Shown one piece after another: positions 27,990 through 38,285 of a stretch of DNA of 64,000 nt (position 1 is the first letter of the stretch; every line of letters begins with the position of its first letter). The stretch covers positions 28,903-92,902 of the forward strand of contig CAYOSS010000001.1 in assembly GCA_964406705.1 (NCBI GenBank), read 5' to 3'. This stretch comes from an uncultured Eubacteriales bacterium (GTDB taxonomy: Bacteria; Bacillota; Clostridia; Oscillospirales; Acutalibacteraceae). A program made the translations under genes and the position numbers. A model generated the notes under the pieces. The model ran no database searches. It had not been told where the DNA came from and worked only from the letters and a program-made list of their open reading frames with translations.

Positions 27990-28690
27990 TGTCCGAGACG
28001 GTTAAAATAGGTCTTGCGGCGGCGGACCCGGAGGAGTTCCGCCCTATAAAGGAGTATATCCTGCGGCGCGGCGGCACGGCGGAGAACGTGTTGGGGCACG
28101 GCGCGGCGAGGCTGTCAATCCGGGGCCGGTCGCGCGAGGCAGAGCTTCTTGGTGTATGCTGCGGGATCGGCAAGGTAAATGCCGCGACCGTGGGCTCCTA
28201 TTTGGCCGCTTCGGGCGTGCGCTTACTCGCCAACTGCGGGCTATCCGGCGGGATAGGAGAAGCTCCGGGCGGAGTCGTCGTGGGAAGGGCATATGTCGAG
28301 CACGATTTCGACTTAACCGCTTTGGGCTACGCCCCCGGGGAGAAGCCGGGGCAGGGGAGTGTGGTGCGCTCCGACCCGGGTGTGGCGGATGATTTATGCC
28401 GGTTCTACGGGTGCGGGAGCGGGGTCTTTGCCACGGGGGACTGTTTTGTGAGCGACCCCGCGAAGGCGAGGTTTCTCCGCGAGACTTACGGCGCCGTCGC
28501 CTGCGATATGGAGACGGCGGCGCTCGCGGCGGTCTGCCGGGATTACGGCATTCCCTTTGCCTGCGTGCGCCGGATTTCCGACGCCGCGAACGAGGACGCC
28601 CCCGCCGACTACACGGGGCAAAATACCTCGGGCGGCGACTGGACCGCGCTGATTGTACGCTGGATCGAGACCCTAACGGACAGGGTATGA
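27989..28690 (+). CDS. mtnN: 5'-methylthioadenosine/S-adenosylhomocysteine nucleosidase
   Basis: Blocks GIGKVNAA, ACDMETAALA and RRISD. Confidence 0.8.
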   Translation: MSETVKIGLAAADPEEFRPIKEYILRRGGTAENVLGHGAARLSIRGRSREAELLGVCCGIGKVNAATVGSYLAASGVRLLANCGLSGGIGEAPGGVVVGRAYVEHDFDLTALGYAPGEKPGQGSVVRSDPGVADDLCRFYGCGSGVFATGDCFVSDPAKARFLRETYGAVACDMETAALAAVCRDYGIPFACVRRISDAANEDAPADYTGQNTSGGDWTALIVRWIETLTDRV

Positions 28691-28700
28691 GGTGGGTTTG

Positions 28701-30398
28701 ATGGAAAAGAAGCGCCGGCAGCATTCCTTTATGCAGGGAGCTGCCATTCTCGTGTTTGCGACCGCGCTGGTGAAGGTGCTCGGCGCGATATTCCGCATTC
28801 CTCTCGCGAACCTCATAGGCGAGACGGGTATGGGCTACTACTCCACGGCCTACGACCTCTATTTGCCGATTTACTCCCTCTCAATGGCGGGTTTCCCCAT
28901 AGCAATTTCCCGCATTGTGGCCGAGTTCGCCGCGTCGGGGCGGTACAAGGACGTTCGCAAGACGCTGCGTGTGGCGAAACGCGCCTTTCTCGTGGTGGGG
29001 TTCGCGGGTTTCCTTTTGATGATGGCTCTCTCCTACCCCTTCGCGCGGTACACGGGCGACACAAAGGATATCTACAGCATCATCGCTATAGCCCCCTCGC
29101 TTCTTTTTTGCTGTATGTATTCCTCCTATATGGGTTACTACGAGGGGCTGCGCAATATGTACCCCTCCGCCGTGGCGTCCGTGGTGGAGGCCGTGGCGAA
29201 GTTGGTGTTCGGGTATGGGTTCGCGATAATCGTTATCTCTATTTGCGGCACGCTCAACTCCCGCACCGCCGCCTACTCCGCCGCCGGAGCGCTGTTCGGC
29301 GTTTCTATGAGCTGCTTTTCGGGCTTTATGTACTTATATATCCGTCACCGCAAGGTGGGGGACGGGATCACCGCCGAGGAGTTGGCGGAGTCACCCGAGC
29401 CGTTGTCCGGCAAGGAGCTGATGCGGAAGATCCTCTTCATCTCCGTGCCGGTAGTGGTGGGCTCGCTCGTCACTCAGGTCTCCAATTTGGTGGACGTGCT
29501 TATGGTGCGCCGTCAGCTGCACTCAGTCATATACAATCACACCGACTACATTTACTCGGTTTACTCTGACCTCATAGCCGCGCGGGATTTGGAGAAGAAG
29601 GAGATCTCCACCGCGCTGTACGGCTGTTACAAGGGGCTCGCCTACTCGGTGTACAACCTCGTCCCCTCTATCACCTCCGTGATGGGTGTGAGCGCGATAC
29701 CCGTTCTCGCCACCGCCTGGACGCAAAACGACAAGCCCGCGGTCAAGCTGAATATAGAGACCATAATCCGTGTGACCTCCCTTATCGCCACGCCCGCTGG
29801 GATAGGGATGTTCTTCCTATCGGACGGGATCCTGCGCCTGCTATATCCTCAAAACCCCACGGGCGTCGCGGTTGCCGTGCCGATACTCCGAGCGTTGGGC
29901 CTCGCGGCGATATTTTCCGGGATAGCGGGGCCGCTGACCAATATTTTGCAGGGGATCGGGAAGCAGTCAACCCCGGTCAAGAATATGGCGGTGGGTGTCG
30001 CGCTGAAAATCGTGGTCAATATAGTGCTTGTGGGCATACCTCAGATAAACATCACCGGCGCGGCGGTGGGGACGCTCGTCTGCTACTTTTATATATGCGT
30101 GGCGGATTACATCTGCGTCCTGCGGCACACTAAAGTGCGGGTGAACCTCTTTATCACGGCCGGCAAGCCCTTCATATGCGCCCTTCTCTGCGGGCTTGGG
30201 GCTTGGGGGTCGTCGCTGCTGTTCGGCAAAATCGGGCTTGTGGGGAACCTCGCGACCCTGTTATCCATACTCGTAGCGGTAGTGGTTTATATATTATCCA
30301 TAATATTTACTCGCACTATTGTGAAAAGCGACGTGTTATCCTTGCCCAAAGGAGAAAAAATCCTAAAAGTGCTTGAAAAGTTGCACGCGGTAAGGTAA
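28701..30398 (+). CDS. MOP-superfamily flippase (SpoVB/MurJ/Wzx-like polysaccharide biosynthesis protein)
   Basis: A polytopic membrane protein of about 14 TM segments starting FMQGAAILVFATALVKVLGAIFRIPL. Trimmed to the ATG at 28701, after SD GAGGTGGG. Confidence 0.75.
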   Translation: MEKKRRQHSFMQGAAILVFATALVKVLGAIFRIPLANLIGETGMGYYSTAYDLYLPIYSLSMAGFPIAISRIVAEFAASGRYKDVRKTLRVAKRAFLVVGFAGFLLMMALSYPFARYTGDTKDIYSIIAIAPSLLFCCMYSSYMGYYEGLRNMYPSAVASVVEAVAKLVFGYGFAIIVISICGTLNSRTAAYSAAGALFGVSMSCFSGFMYLYIRHRKVGDGITAEELAESPEPLSGKELMRKILFISVPVVVGSLVTQVSNLVDVLMVRRQLHSVIYNHTDYIYSVYSDLIAARDLEKKEISTALYGCYKGLAYSVYNLVPSITSVMGVSAIPVLATAWTQNDKPAVKLNIETIIRVTSLIATPAGIGMFFLSDGILRLLYPQNPTGVAVAVPILRALGLAAIFSGIAGPLTNILQGIGKQSTPVKNMAVGVALKIVVNIVLVGIPQINITGAAVGTLVCYFYICVADYICVLRHTKVRVNLFITAGKPFICALLCGLGAWGSSLLFGKIGLVGNLATLLSILVAVVVYILSIIFTRTIVKSDVLSLPKGEKILKVLEKLHAVR

Positions 30399-30502
30399 AA
30401 TATACTGCACGGTTTGCGCCGTAAACTTAGAAGTTCAAGCACTGGTTTAACTCTTCACGTGAGGTTAGCTATCGCTTGGTCTAATATTAAAATGGAGGTT
30501 GT

Positions 30503-30778
30503 ATGATGAGCAAGAAGGACATTGTCGAAGCTGTCGCGCAGAGCGTCGGTCTCTCCAAGAAGGACGCCGAGAAGGCCGTAAACGCCACCCTCGACGCGGT
30601 AACGGGGGCTCTTAAGGCCGGCGAACGCGTGCAGATCATCGGGTTCGGGACGTTCGAGGTGAAGGAGCGCCCGGAGCGGACTGGCCGCAACCCTCAGTCC
30701 GGCGAGGAGATCACCATCGCGGCGTCCAAAGTGCCCGTGTTCAAGGCGGGCAAAGCGCTTAAAGACGCGGTTTGTTAG
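30503..30778 (+). CDS. hup: DNA-binding protein HU
   Basis: Blocks [24 protein letters not shown] and [14 protein letters not shown]. Confidence 0.95.
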   Translation: MMSKKDIVEAVAQSVGLSKKDAEKAVNATLDAVTGALKAGERVQIIGFGTFEVKERPERTGRNPQSGEEITIAASKVPVFKAGKALKDAVC

Positions 30779-30802
30779 CCGGGGGGGGTGTCCCCCGCCG
30801 GG

Positions 30803-30830
30803 AGGCCACCCTCGCGGTGGCTTTCCTTTT
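30803..30830 (+). terminator. Hairpin plus T-tract after hup
   Basis: GCCACC-ctcgc-GGTGGC followed by TTTCCTTTT. Confidence 0.55.
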
Positions 30831-30843
30831 AGGTCGGTACGAT

Positions 30844-31152
30844 ATGAGAATTGATAAATTCCTGAAAATGTCCCGCGTGATAAAACGCCGCACCGTCGCG
30901 AACGAGGCCTGCGACGCGGGGCGCGTGGAGGTTAACGGTAAGCCGGCCCGCGCGTCGTACGAGGTGAAGCCCGGCGACGTGGTGGCGATTCAGTTCGGCA
31001 ACCGCGCGGTAAAGTTCGAGGTGAAATCCGTCCAGCCCGTGACGGGCAAGGACGCCGCCCCGGCTATGTACGAAATGTTAGCCGAGCCGGGGGAGAAGCC
31101 CGGCGCGAACGCGAAAGGTGACAGCGATGTTCAAAATCAAGACGTACAATAA
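30844..31152 (+). CDS. RNA-binding S4-domain protein (YabO-like)
   Basis: MRIDKFLKMSRVIKRRTVANEACDAGRVEVNGK. Trimmed to the ATG at 30844, past the hup terminator. Confidence 0.8.
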   Translation: MRIDKFLKMSRVIKRRTVANEACDAGRVEVNGKPARASYEVKPGDVVAIQFGNRAVKFEVKSVQPVTGKDAAPAMYEMLAEPGEKPGANAKGDSDVQNQDVQ

Positions 31153-32287
31153 AATCTCACAGGTGGGGCTCTCCGAGCTCGACCCCGCCCGCTACACCTG
31201 CTCCGACAGCGTTGAGGACCCGGACGGCGCCATTGTGCGATCCGCCGCGCTTCACGACGAGGTGTTCCCGGCGTCCCTGCTCGCCATAGCGAGGGCCGGC
31301 GCGGGGACAAACAACATCCCCGTAGACCGTTGTGCGGAGCAGGGGATTGTTGTCTTCAACACCCCCGGTGCCAACGCCAACGCGGTGAAGGAGCTTGTGA
31401 TTTTGGGCCTCCTGATGGCCTCCCGCAAGGTTTCCGCCGCTATAACCTGGGCGGCGGGGCTCAAGGGAAACGGCGCCGATGTCGCAAAGTTGGTGGAAAA
31501 GGGCAAGTCCGCGTTTGTGGGCCCCGAAATCAGCGGCAAGACGCTGGGCGTCATAGGGCTCGGCGCTATAGGGGAACTTGTCGCGAACGCCGCTTTGAAG
31601 CTTGATATGAAGGTCATAGGGTATGATCCGTTCCTCTCGGTGAAGTCCGCCCTCGCGCTCTCCCCGCACGTCAAGGTTGTCTCCGACCCGGCGGAGATTT
31701 ACGCCAATTCCGATTACATCACCCTGCACGTCCCCTGCAACGCCGACACCAAGGGTATGATCAACGCGGATTCCATCGCGCAGATGCGGGACGGGGTGCG
31801 CATACTCAACTTCGCGCGCGGGGAATTGGTCGACACCGCGAGCCTGCTTTCCGCCATATCCGTGAACAAGATCGCCTGCTACGTAACCGACTTCCCCAAC
31901 GACGATCTGCTTTGCATGGAGAACGTGGTCGCTCTTCCGCACTTGGGCGCGTCAACTCCCGAGTCTGAGGACAACTGCGCCAAAATGGCCGCCGTGGAAC
32001 TGGCCGATTACCTTGAGAACGGTAACATCACCCACTCGGTGAACCTCCCCGACGCGGCTCTCCCCCGCAGCGGCGGGACGCGCTTCTGCGTGCTTCACCG
32101 CAACGTCCCCGCCGTCATAAACAAGATTTCCGGGATTTTCTCCTCCGCGAACCTGAACATTCTCAATATGATCAACAAATCCCGCGGCGATTACGCCTAC
32201 ACAATGCTTGACGTGGAGAACGCGTCGGGCAGCATCGAGGAGTCTCTTCGCGCCCTGCCAGAGGTCATCCGAGTTAGGGTGCTGTAA
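31127..32287 (+). CDS. serA: D-3-phosphoglycerate dehydrogenase with C-terminal ACT domain
   Basis: NAD motif GVIGLGAIG, a 2-hydroxyacid dehydrogenase signature (NFARG, LPHLGAST), and an ACT-like tail. The ATG at 31127 follows AAAGG. Confidence 0.8.
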   Translation: MFKIKTYNKISQVGLSELDPARYTCSDSVEDPDGAIVRSAALHDEVFPASLLAIARAGAGTNNIPVDRCAEQGIVVFNTPGANANAVKELVILGLLMASRKVSAAITWAAGLKGNGADVAKLVEKGKSAFVGPEISGKTLGVIGLGAIGELVANAALKLDMKVIGYDPFLSVKSALALSPHVKVVSDPAEIYANSDYITLHVPCNADTKGMINADSIAQMRDGVRILNFARGELVDTASLLSAISVNKIACYVTDFPNDDLLCMENVVALPHLGASTPESEDNCAKMAAVELADYLENGNITHSVNLPDAALPRSGGTRFCVLHRNVPAVINKISGIFSSANLNILNMINKSRGDYAYTMLDVENASGSIEESLRALPEVIRVRVL

Positions 32288-32307
32288 AGCTCCGCTTACA
32301 AGGCGAA

Positions 32308-32336
32308 CCCCCGCCGGGTACGGCGGGGGGATTTTT
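32308..32336. terminator. Hairpin terminator between convergent genes
   Basis: CCCCCGCCG-ggta-CGGCGGGGG followed by gaTTTTT. Confidence 0.75.
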
Positions 32337-32357
32337 GTAAAATAGGGGCACGAGGGA

Positions 32358-33290
32358 TTATTCTGAACCGAACACTTTCTCGTATGGATCTACTCCCGCC
32401 GCGATCTTGTCGAAGGCGAAATCGGCGTAGTAACGCTCGCCGTTAAGCGTAAAATAGAGCCACTGGTGCTTGTTGTTTTCGCCCTCGTGAACATACTCGT
32501 AATCGATCTCCAATAGGCGAAGGGCAAGCTCCATAGTGCGCGTTTGGGTGACATTGTTCACCTTGCGCTCGTGTACTAAGTAGTATGCTTCGGTGAATTT
32601 CGATTCCTCGCAGTTGCGACGACCGCCGTTAACCCCCTTAATGCGGTCAAACACGTATCGGATTCTGTCTAATATGTCGTCCTTGGCAGCGACTTCCGCC
32701 GAGAGATCAACAATATCCTCGACCCATTTGAGCGCTTTCTTATTCTTCTCGTCACCGAGGTCGTTGTGGAACCATTCCCGCAGCCTGTATGACAATGAGC
32801 CGCTGTCTTCCCCGCCGGGTGTGCCGGAATTTCCTCTCCCGGACGAAGTTGCGGGCTTGGCGGGCTTGCTGCTCGTTACGTTACCGCCCGGCTGTCCCGG
32901 CTTGTTGCCCGAGCCTGGAGCTGAGCCGTTCACGCTGCCGCCGTTGCTGTTGTTGCCGCCTTGTCCGCCGTTTACTCCCGACCCGCCGTTATCCGACCCG
33001 CCGTTTCCTGCTGACCCGCCTGAGCCGCCCTGATTGCCGCTATCCCCCGATCCGACCGGACCGGGGGATTCTGTGGTGTTGTCGTTATCGGCAGGCGTGC
33101 CGTTCCCGTCAGCGTAGGAGCCGCCCGATGTACTCCCGCCCGCGTCCTCCGGCTCGCTTGCCCAGGAAAAAGATGCTGTGGGCTTGCTGTCATACAGAGT
33201 AGGGACCCACCAGATAGAGAGCCCGATCAAGACTGCCGTCGTACCGAAGCTTAAGGCTATCAGGAGCAACTTCTTGACGCGGTCGGACAT
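32358..33290 (-). CDS. Membrane-anchored hypothetical protein with a Gly/Ser/Asn-rich low-complexity linker and a ~140 aa C-terminal globular domain
   Basis: TM helix LLLIALSFGTTAVLIGLSIWWV. A linker of about 130 aa is built from GGS/GNG/NGG repeats. The C-terminal coding part is visibly less GC-rich than its surroundings. Confidence 0.6.
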   Translation of the reverse strand: MSDRVKKLLLIALSFGTTAVLIGLSIWWVPTLYDSKPTASFSWASEPEDAGGSTSGGSYADGNGTPADNDNTTESPGPVGSGDSGNQGGSGGSAGNGGSDNGGSGVNGGQGGNNSNGGSVNGSAPGSGNKPGQPGGNVTSSKPAKPATSSGRGNSGTPGGEDSGSLSYRLREWFHNDLGDEKNKKALKWVEDIVDLSAEVAAKDDILDRIRYVFDRIKGVNGGRRNCEESKFTEAYYLVHERKVNNVTQTRTMELALRLLEIDYEYVHEGENNKHQWLYFTLNGERYYADFAFDKIAAGVDPYEKVFGSE

Positions 33291-33354
33291 TGTGGGGCCT
33301 CCCTTCTTGAGCGATAATCACGTTATCTTACTGTAAGCTTGTCCAATCGCAGGA

Positions 33355-33966
33355 TTATCCTACGGTGAGCTTGTTCCTGTTCTTCTCCAGCGTCTTCTCG
33401 CCTATGCCGTCGACCTCTAATAGCTCGTCTACCGAGCCGAAGCCGCCGTACCGTTCCCGGTAGTCTATGATGGCTTGGGCTTTCACTTCGCCAATGCCGT
33501 CGAGTGACATCAGCTCGTCAAGGGTCGCAGTGTTGAGGTTGATTGTGCCCGAATACTCGCCGGGGGAAGGGCTCGGCGTGGAGCCGGTAGCGGAATTATC
33601 ATCTTCCTGAGCTACTTCGCCGCTGTTTTGAGACGCGGGCAGAGATGATCCGTTCTGCTCATTTGAAACAATGGAGGTACCCGGAAAATACTCCACCCCC
33701 TTGGGACGGTTGGCGACTATCGACCAGGCGAACAGCAGCAGCGAGGCGAGGGGCAGCGCGATAAGAGTTATTCTCATAGGTAGGCTGAACAGGTGCCGTT
33801 CTTCCGGAGGCCCTATCTCGTTAACTGCGTAGCAAAAGCTCTCCCGGGGATCGAGAGGGGGCTGGGTGCCGCTCGACGTCCCCATTGGAGCCGTTGTGTC
33901 GGAATTTGCGGGATCGGAAGTGTTGTCGGAGAGTATAGCGTCGACACGGTCTTCATCGGATGGCAT
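33355..33966 (-). CDS. comEA: ComEA-family helix-hairpin-helix DNA-binding protein
   Basis: C-terminal tandem Hh[30 protein letters not shown]...[17 protein letters not shown], with a TM segment [16 protein letters not shown]. The start is ambiguous among GTG 33978, ATG 33966 and ATG 33777. Confidence 0.8.
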   Translation of the reverse strand: MPSDEDRVDAILSDNTSDPANSDTTAPMGTSSGTQPPLDPRESFCYAVNEIGPPEERHLFSLPMRITLIALPLASLLLFAWSIVANRPKGVEYFPGTSIVSNEQNGSSLPASQNSGEVAQEDDNSATGSTPSPSPGEYSGTINLNTATLDELMSLDGIGEVKAQAIIDYRERYGGFGSVDELLEVDGIGEKTLEKNRNKLTVG

Positions 33967-34233
33967 AGCACACAACACCCCACAATCATAACAGACTGGC
34001 GCGGCAATATTGTATCATACTTCGGGAAATATGTAAACGGTAAATTCAAGGCAATATCGCATAAAACCTTCCACAATCTGCCTCTGTTCGTGCTATATTA
34101 TAAGCATAAACAAACAGCTGACATTATCCGCACCAAGCGATAAGCTACCCGACATCGACTCCGCTATTGTGAACGCACTCCAATCCGAAAAATCAAATAA
34201 TCGATAGACAACCGTCGGGGAAACCCGGTGTAA

Positions 34234-34470
34234 ACGCGCGAGCCCCTCTGTTCGCGGCGAGAATATGATTGTTGTGTAGCGAAGTCTTACGATTATCCTG
34301 GAAACGTTCCCCGCGACGTCTACCGCCGCCACGCCAACTGCGGGTGCACCGTGGAGTGTGACCCGGGCGCGGGCAAGCGGGCGCAGAACGTGTGGACCAA
34401 GCGGTGGAGCCGGGCGGAAGAGAGCGGGAATACCGAGATAAGGAAGGGAATAGTAAAGGCGGGCGCAACT
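34234..34470 (+). pseudogene. Orphan gene fragment; possible C-terminal remnant of a phage head-morphogenesis (Mu F/SPP1 gp7-like) protein
   Basis: An open frame without a usable start reads ...YDYPGNVPRDVYRRHANCGCTVECDPGAGKRAQNVWTKRW.... The NC(R/G)CT motif resembles the conserved C-terminal motif of that phage family as I recall it. Neighbouring frames are broken. Confidence 0.25.
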
Positions 34471-34528
34471 TGTATCGGCGGATTGTGGCGCGCAATCTCT
34501 TGTAGCAGTTTGCGGCCGGCCGCCGGTT

Positions 34529-35956
34529 CTACCTCCCCCCGTATACCAGCGACTTGTAGAGCCTTATGTACGCGTTGGCGGACTTGCCCCAGCTGTTGTC
34601 GCACTCCATCGCGCGGCGGGAGAGCGTCGCCCAGCCCTCCTTGTCCTTATAGCCTTCGAGGGCGCGCCAGACGGCGTGGTCCATATCGTGCGCGTTGTAG
34701 GTGGGGAAGGTGAAGCCGTTTCCGCCGCCGCTGCCGGAGTCCTCCACCGTGTCGGCGAGACCCCCGGTTTCCCTCACGATGGGGACAGTCCCGTAACGGA
34801 GGGCGATCATCTGCGCGAGGCCGCAGGGCTCCGTCTTGGAGGGCATTAAGAACATATCCGCCCCCGCGTAGAACCGCCGCGCGAGGTCCGGGATAAACCC
34901 GCGCCTGAACGCGAATTCTCCGGGGTAGCGGCCGGCCAATTCGCCGAAGAACTGCTCGTACTCCCTGTCGCCCGAGCCGAGTACCGCGAACTGCACGTTG
35001 TTCTGAAGTATGGAATCCGCGACGCGCCGCACAAGGTCAATCCCCTTTTGCTCGGTGAGGCGGCTCACCATCACAATCAGCGGGGTGCCGGCGTCTACGG
35101 GCAGACCCAACTCCGTCTGCAGCGCCGCCTTGCACTTTTCCTTGCCCGAGAGGTCGTCGGCGCTGTAATTAAACGGTATGGAGCGATCGGTCTCGGGGTT
35201 GTAAACCTCCGTGTCGATGCCGTTTACTATCCCGGTTAGCTTGTCGGAAATCCGCGCTACCTCGCTCTCGAGCCCGTAGGCGAACCACGGGTCGGACAGC
35301 TCCCTCGCGTAGCGCGGGCTGACCGTGGTCACCCTGTCCGCGCACTCCAGAGCGCCTTTCATCAGGTTGACGCAGTCGCCGTACTCGAGCACGTCGGAGC
35401 ATTCCTCCGGGACGCCCAACACGTCCCCCAAAAACTCCTTGCCGAACTTTCCCTGGTACTGGATGTTGTGGATGGTGAATACCGTCTTAATCCCGGAATA
35501 GCGGGGGTCTTTGGCGTACATAAGCTTTAGGAAAACCGGGGTCATCGCGGTCTGCCAGTCGTTGCAGTGTATTATATCGGGGAAGAAGCCGAGCTCGGGC
35601 AGGATCTCAAGGACCGCCCGCGAGAAGAACGCGAACCGCTCCCCGTCGTCGTAGTCGCCGTACATACTCTGCCGGCGAAAGTAATACTCGTTATCCAGCA
35701 GGTAGTAAATCACCCCGTCGATTTTGGTCTCGAATATCCCGCAGTACTGCCGCCGCCACGCCACGGGGACCGTCACCGCTCCCATGAACTTCATATTTTC
35801 CCGCAAGCTCTGTGGGATCCCGGAGTAGAGCGGCATTACCACGCGCGCCCCCACAAGGCGTTTGCGCAGGGCTTTGGGAAGAGCCGAGGCGACATCCCCC
35901 AACCCCCCAGAACTCGCGAAGGGGTAACTTTCCGAAGTGGCGAACAGTACTTTCAT
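34529..35956 (-). CDS. glgA: Glycogen synthase
   Basis: [22 protein letters not shown]. Trimmed to the ATG overlapping the glgD stop (ATGA). Confidence 0.92.
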   Translation of the reverse strand: MKVLFATSESYPFASSGGLGDVASALPKALRKRLVGARVVMPLYSGIPQSLRENMKFMGAVTVPVAWRRQYCGIFETKIDGVIYYLLDNEYYFRRQSMYGDYDDGERFAFFSRAVLEILPELGFFPDIIHCNDWQTAMTPVFLKLMYAKDPRYSGIKTVFTIHNIQYQGKFGKEFLGDVLGVPEECSDVLEYGDCVNLMKGALECADRVTTVSPRYARELSDPWFAYGLESEVARISDKLTGIVNGIDTEVYNPETDRSIPFNYSADDLSGKEKCKAALQTELGLPVDAGTPLIVMVSRLTEQKGIDLVRRVADSILQNNVQFAVLGSGDREYEQFFGELAGRYPGEFAFRRGFIPDLARRFYAGADMFLMPSKTEPCGLAQMIALRYGTVPIVRETGGLADTVEDSGSGGGNGFTFPTYNAHDMDHAVWRALEGYKDKEGWATLSRRAMECDNSWGKSANAYIRLYKSLVYGGR

Positions 35957-37071
35957 TGCAAAATTTCTCCTTTTGATATGTATACGGGGTGGCTCTCCGT
36001 GCCGCGAAGCTTCACCCCGGGGGACACGCGGACGTTCTTGTCGAGTATGGCGTAGGAGATTTCGCACCCCTCGCCTATATCCGCGTCCTGCATAATTATG
36101 GAGCCGCGCAGCGTTGCTCCCTCCCCTACTTTTACCCCGCGCGAGAGGACGCAGCCTTTCACGTCGCCGAGGATATCGCACCCGTCGGCGATCAGGGCGT
36201 CCTCGACGGTCGCTCGGAGGCCGTATTTGGTCGGCATATCGTCCCGGACTTTGGTGTAGACGGGGTGAGCGCGGAAAAGCTGGTCCCGCGCGGCGGGGTC
36301 GCGCAGCAGCCGCATATTCGCGTTGTAGTACCCCTGCTCGCTGTCAATCACGGCGGTGAAGCCGTCCACCTTGTAGCCGAGGATCTTCAGCCTGCCGAAG
36401 TTTGGGAGGATTATCCCCTCGGCGAACGCCTTCTTGCCCGCGCTGTCCGCCTCCTTTACAAGGCGAATCAGCAGTTCGCGCTCGATGACAATGACGTCCA
36501 GCCCGTAGTCACATTCCGCCTGCTCCACGGGCAGGGTAATCTTAGTCGCGAAGCCGTCCTCACCGAGCGTCAGAGCCATTACGTCCCTATCCCCGCGCGG
36601 AAGAACGCCGCGGGTGTAGCAGACAGTGACATCGGCGGCTTTGCGGCGGTGGGTGTTCACAACGTCCTCAAGGTTTATGCTGCTGACAAGGTTCGCGTCG
36701 CAGAGGATCACATACTTTTGATGCAAACCCTCGAGGTAGTGCATCGCCCCCGCCAGCGCGTCGATTTTGCCCTCGTAGACCCTCGCGCTGCGGTTGCTGT
36801 AGGGGGTTATCATCATAAGCCCGCCGTTGCGCCGCGCTAAGTCCCAGGAACGTCCGCTGCCCAAGTGGTCTATCAGCGACTGGTAGTTGCCTCTCGCTAT
36901 GACCCCCACGTTCGCGACGCCCGCGTTTACGAGGTTGGACAGAGAGAAGTCGATCAGCCTGTACCTCCCGCAGAAGGGGAGGGACCCCACCGCGCGAAGG
37001 GAAGTCATCTCGCCTAAATTTTTATCGTGCGTATTGGGGAAAATAATTCCCACGACATCGGACGGACTCAT
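35953..37071 (-). CDS. glgD: Glucose-1-phosphate adenylyltransferase, GlgD subunit
   Basis: ADP-Glc pyrophosphorylase fold lacking the GGxGxRL motif ([15 protein letters not shown]), with an LbH C-terminus. It lies between glgC and glgA. Confidence 0.88.
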   Translation of the reverse strand: MSPSDVVGIIFPNTHDKNLGEMTSLRAVGSLPFCGRYRLIDFSLSNLVNAGVANVGVIARGNYQSLIDHLGSGRSWDLARRNGGLMMITPYSNRSARVYEGKIDALAGAMHYLEGLHQKYVILCDANLVSSINLEDVVNTHRRKAADVTVCYTRGVLPRGDRDVMALTLGEDGFATKITLPVEQAECDYGLDVIVIERELLIRLVKEADSAGKKAFAEGIILPNFGRLKILGYKVDGFTAVIDSEQGYYNANMRLLRDPAARDQLFRAHPVYTKVRDDMPTKYGLRATVEDALIADGCDILGDVKGCVLSRGVKVGEGATLRGSIIMQDADIGEGCEISYAILDKNVRVSPGVKLRGTESHPVYISKGEILQ

Positions 37072-38285
37072 AACGCGACCCCCGCTCTGACATTTCTCTC
37101 CACCATTTGTTTTGCGGAGACGAACGCTCCTTCGCCCACGGTAACCCTGTTTCCCACGACGCTGATTCCCCAGCCCGAAAGGTCGGCGGTCTCGCGCGGA
37201 TCCTGCCCCACGACGGCGTTTTCCTCCACCGTGACGCGTTCCGCTAAGATTGAATACCGCACTTTGGCACCCCGCTTTATGACGGTTCCCGGCATAATTA
37301 TGGAGTAGGCGACTTCCGCCCCCTCCTCAATCAGCACGTTCTCGCCGAGCACGGAGCATTCCACGTTCCCCGCTATATCGCACCCCTCTGTGACCAGCGC
37401 GTTTTGCACTTTGGCAGTCGCCGCTATGTGCTGGGGCGGGGCGGAGGGGCTGCGCGAGTATATTTTCCAGGAGGGGTTCGCGAGGTCAAGCCCGGAATTG
37501 GGCGAGAGCAGGTCGAGATTCGCCTCCCAGAGCGACTCAACCGTCCCGACATCCTTCCAGTACCCGTGGAAGCGGTGGGTCATCATCTTTTGCCCCGAGC
37601 GCAGCATAGCCGGAATAATGTTTTTGCCGAAATCGTTCTCCGAGGCGGGGTCCCGCTCGTCCTCGTCAAGAAAGCGGCGCAGTTTCTCCCAAGTGAAAAC
37701 GTATATCCCCATCGAGGCGAGGTTGCTTTTGGGGGCTTTGGGCTTCTCCTCGAACGCGTAGACCGAGCCGTCCGCGTTGATATTCATAATCCCGAAGCGC
37801 GGCGCCTCCTCCATCGGCACCTCCATCACCGCGATGGTGCAGTCCGCCCCGGAGTTTATGTGGGTGTCCAGCATCTCGGTATAGTCCATTTTGTAGATGT
37901 GGTCCCCGGAGAGGATCAGCACATATTTCGGATTGTAACGTTCTATAAAGCGCGTATTGCGGAAGATGGCGTCGGCGGTACCCTTGTACCAGCCCCCGCC
38001 CCCGTTTGCGGTGTAGGGGGGAAGGAGGTGCACCCCTCCGTCCAACTTATCCAAATCCCAGGGGCGCCCCGTGCCGATGTAGTCGTTGAGCTCCAGCGGT
38101 TGGTACTGGGTGAGCACCCCCACCGTTTCTATCCCGGAATTGGAGCAGTTTGACAGCGGAAAGTCGATAATGCGGTACTTGCCCCCGTACGGCACGGCGG
38201 GCTTCGCTATGTCCCGCGTGAGGACGCCCAATCTGCTTCCCTGCCCGCCGGCGAGGAGCATCGCGATACACTCATTCTTCCTCAA
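37068..38285 (-). CDS. glgC: Glucose-1-phosphate adenylyltransferase
   Basis: [14 protein letters not shown]...[20 protein letters not shown]. Confidence 0.93.
   Translation of the reverse strand: MRKNECIAMLLAGGQGSRLGVLTRDIAKPAVPYGGKYRIIDFPLSNCSNSGIETVGVLTQYQPLELNDYIGTGRPWDLDKLDGGVHLLPPYTANGGGGWYKGTADAIFRNTRFIERYNPKYVLILSGDHIYKMDYTEMLDTHINSGADCTIAVMEVPMEEAPRFGIMNINADGSVYAFEEKPKAPKSNLASMGIYVFTWEKLRRFLDEDERDPASENDFGKNIIPAMLRSGQKMMTHRFHGYWKDVGTVESLWEANLDLLSPNSGLDLANPSWKIYSRSPSAPPQHIAATAKVQNALVTEGCDIAGNVECSVLGENVLIEEGAEVAYSIIMPGTVIKRGAKVRYSILAERVTVEENAVVGQDPRETADLSGWGISVVGNRVTVGEGAFVSAKQMVERNVRAGVAL

Noticed and set aside
35957-36181. N-terminal extensions offered by the ORF track. They affect glgA (to 36181), the M16 peptidase (to 44606), glgB (to 40350), the ThuA-like gene (from 10062), the 3D-like gene (from 40505), the ACT protein (to 46023), the S4 protein (from 30772) and YigZ (from 16656).
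   Set aside because: In each case the extension overlaps the upstream gene or contains a promoter or terminator. An internal start with an SD reproduces the canonical family N-terminus.
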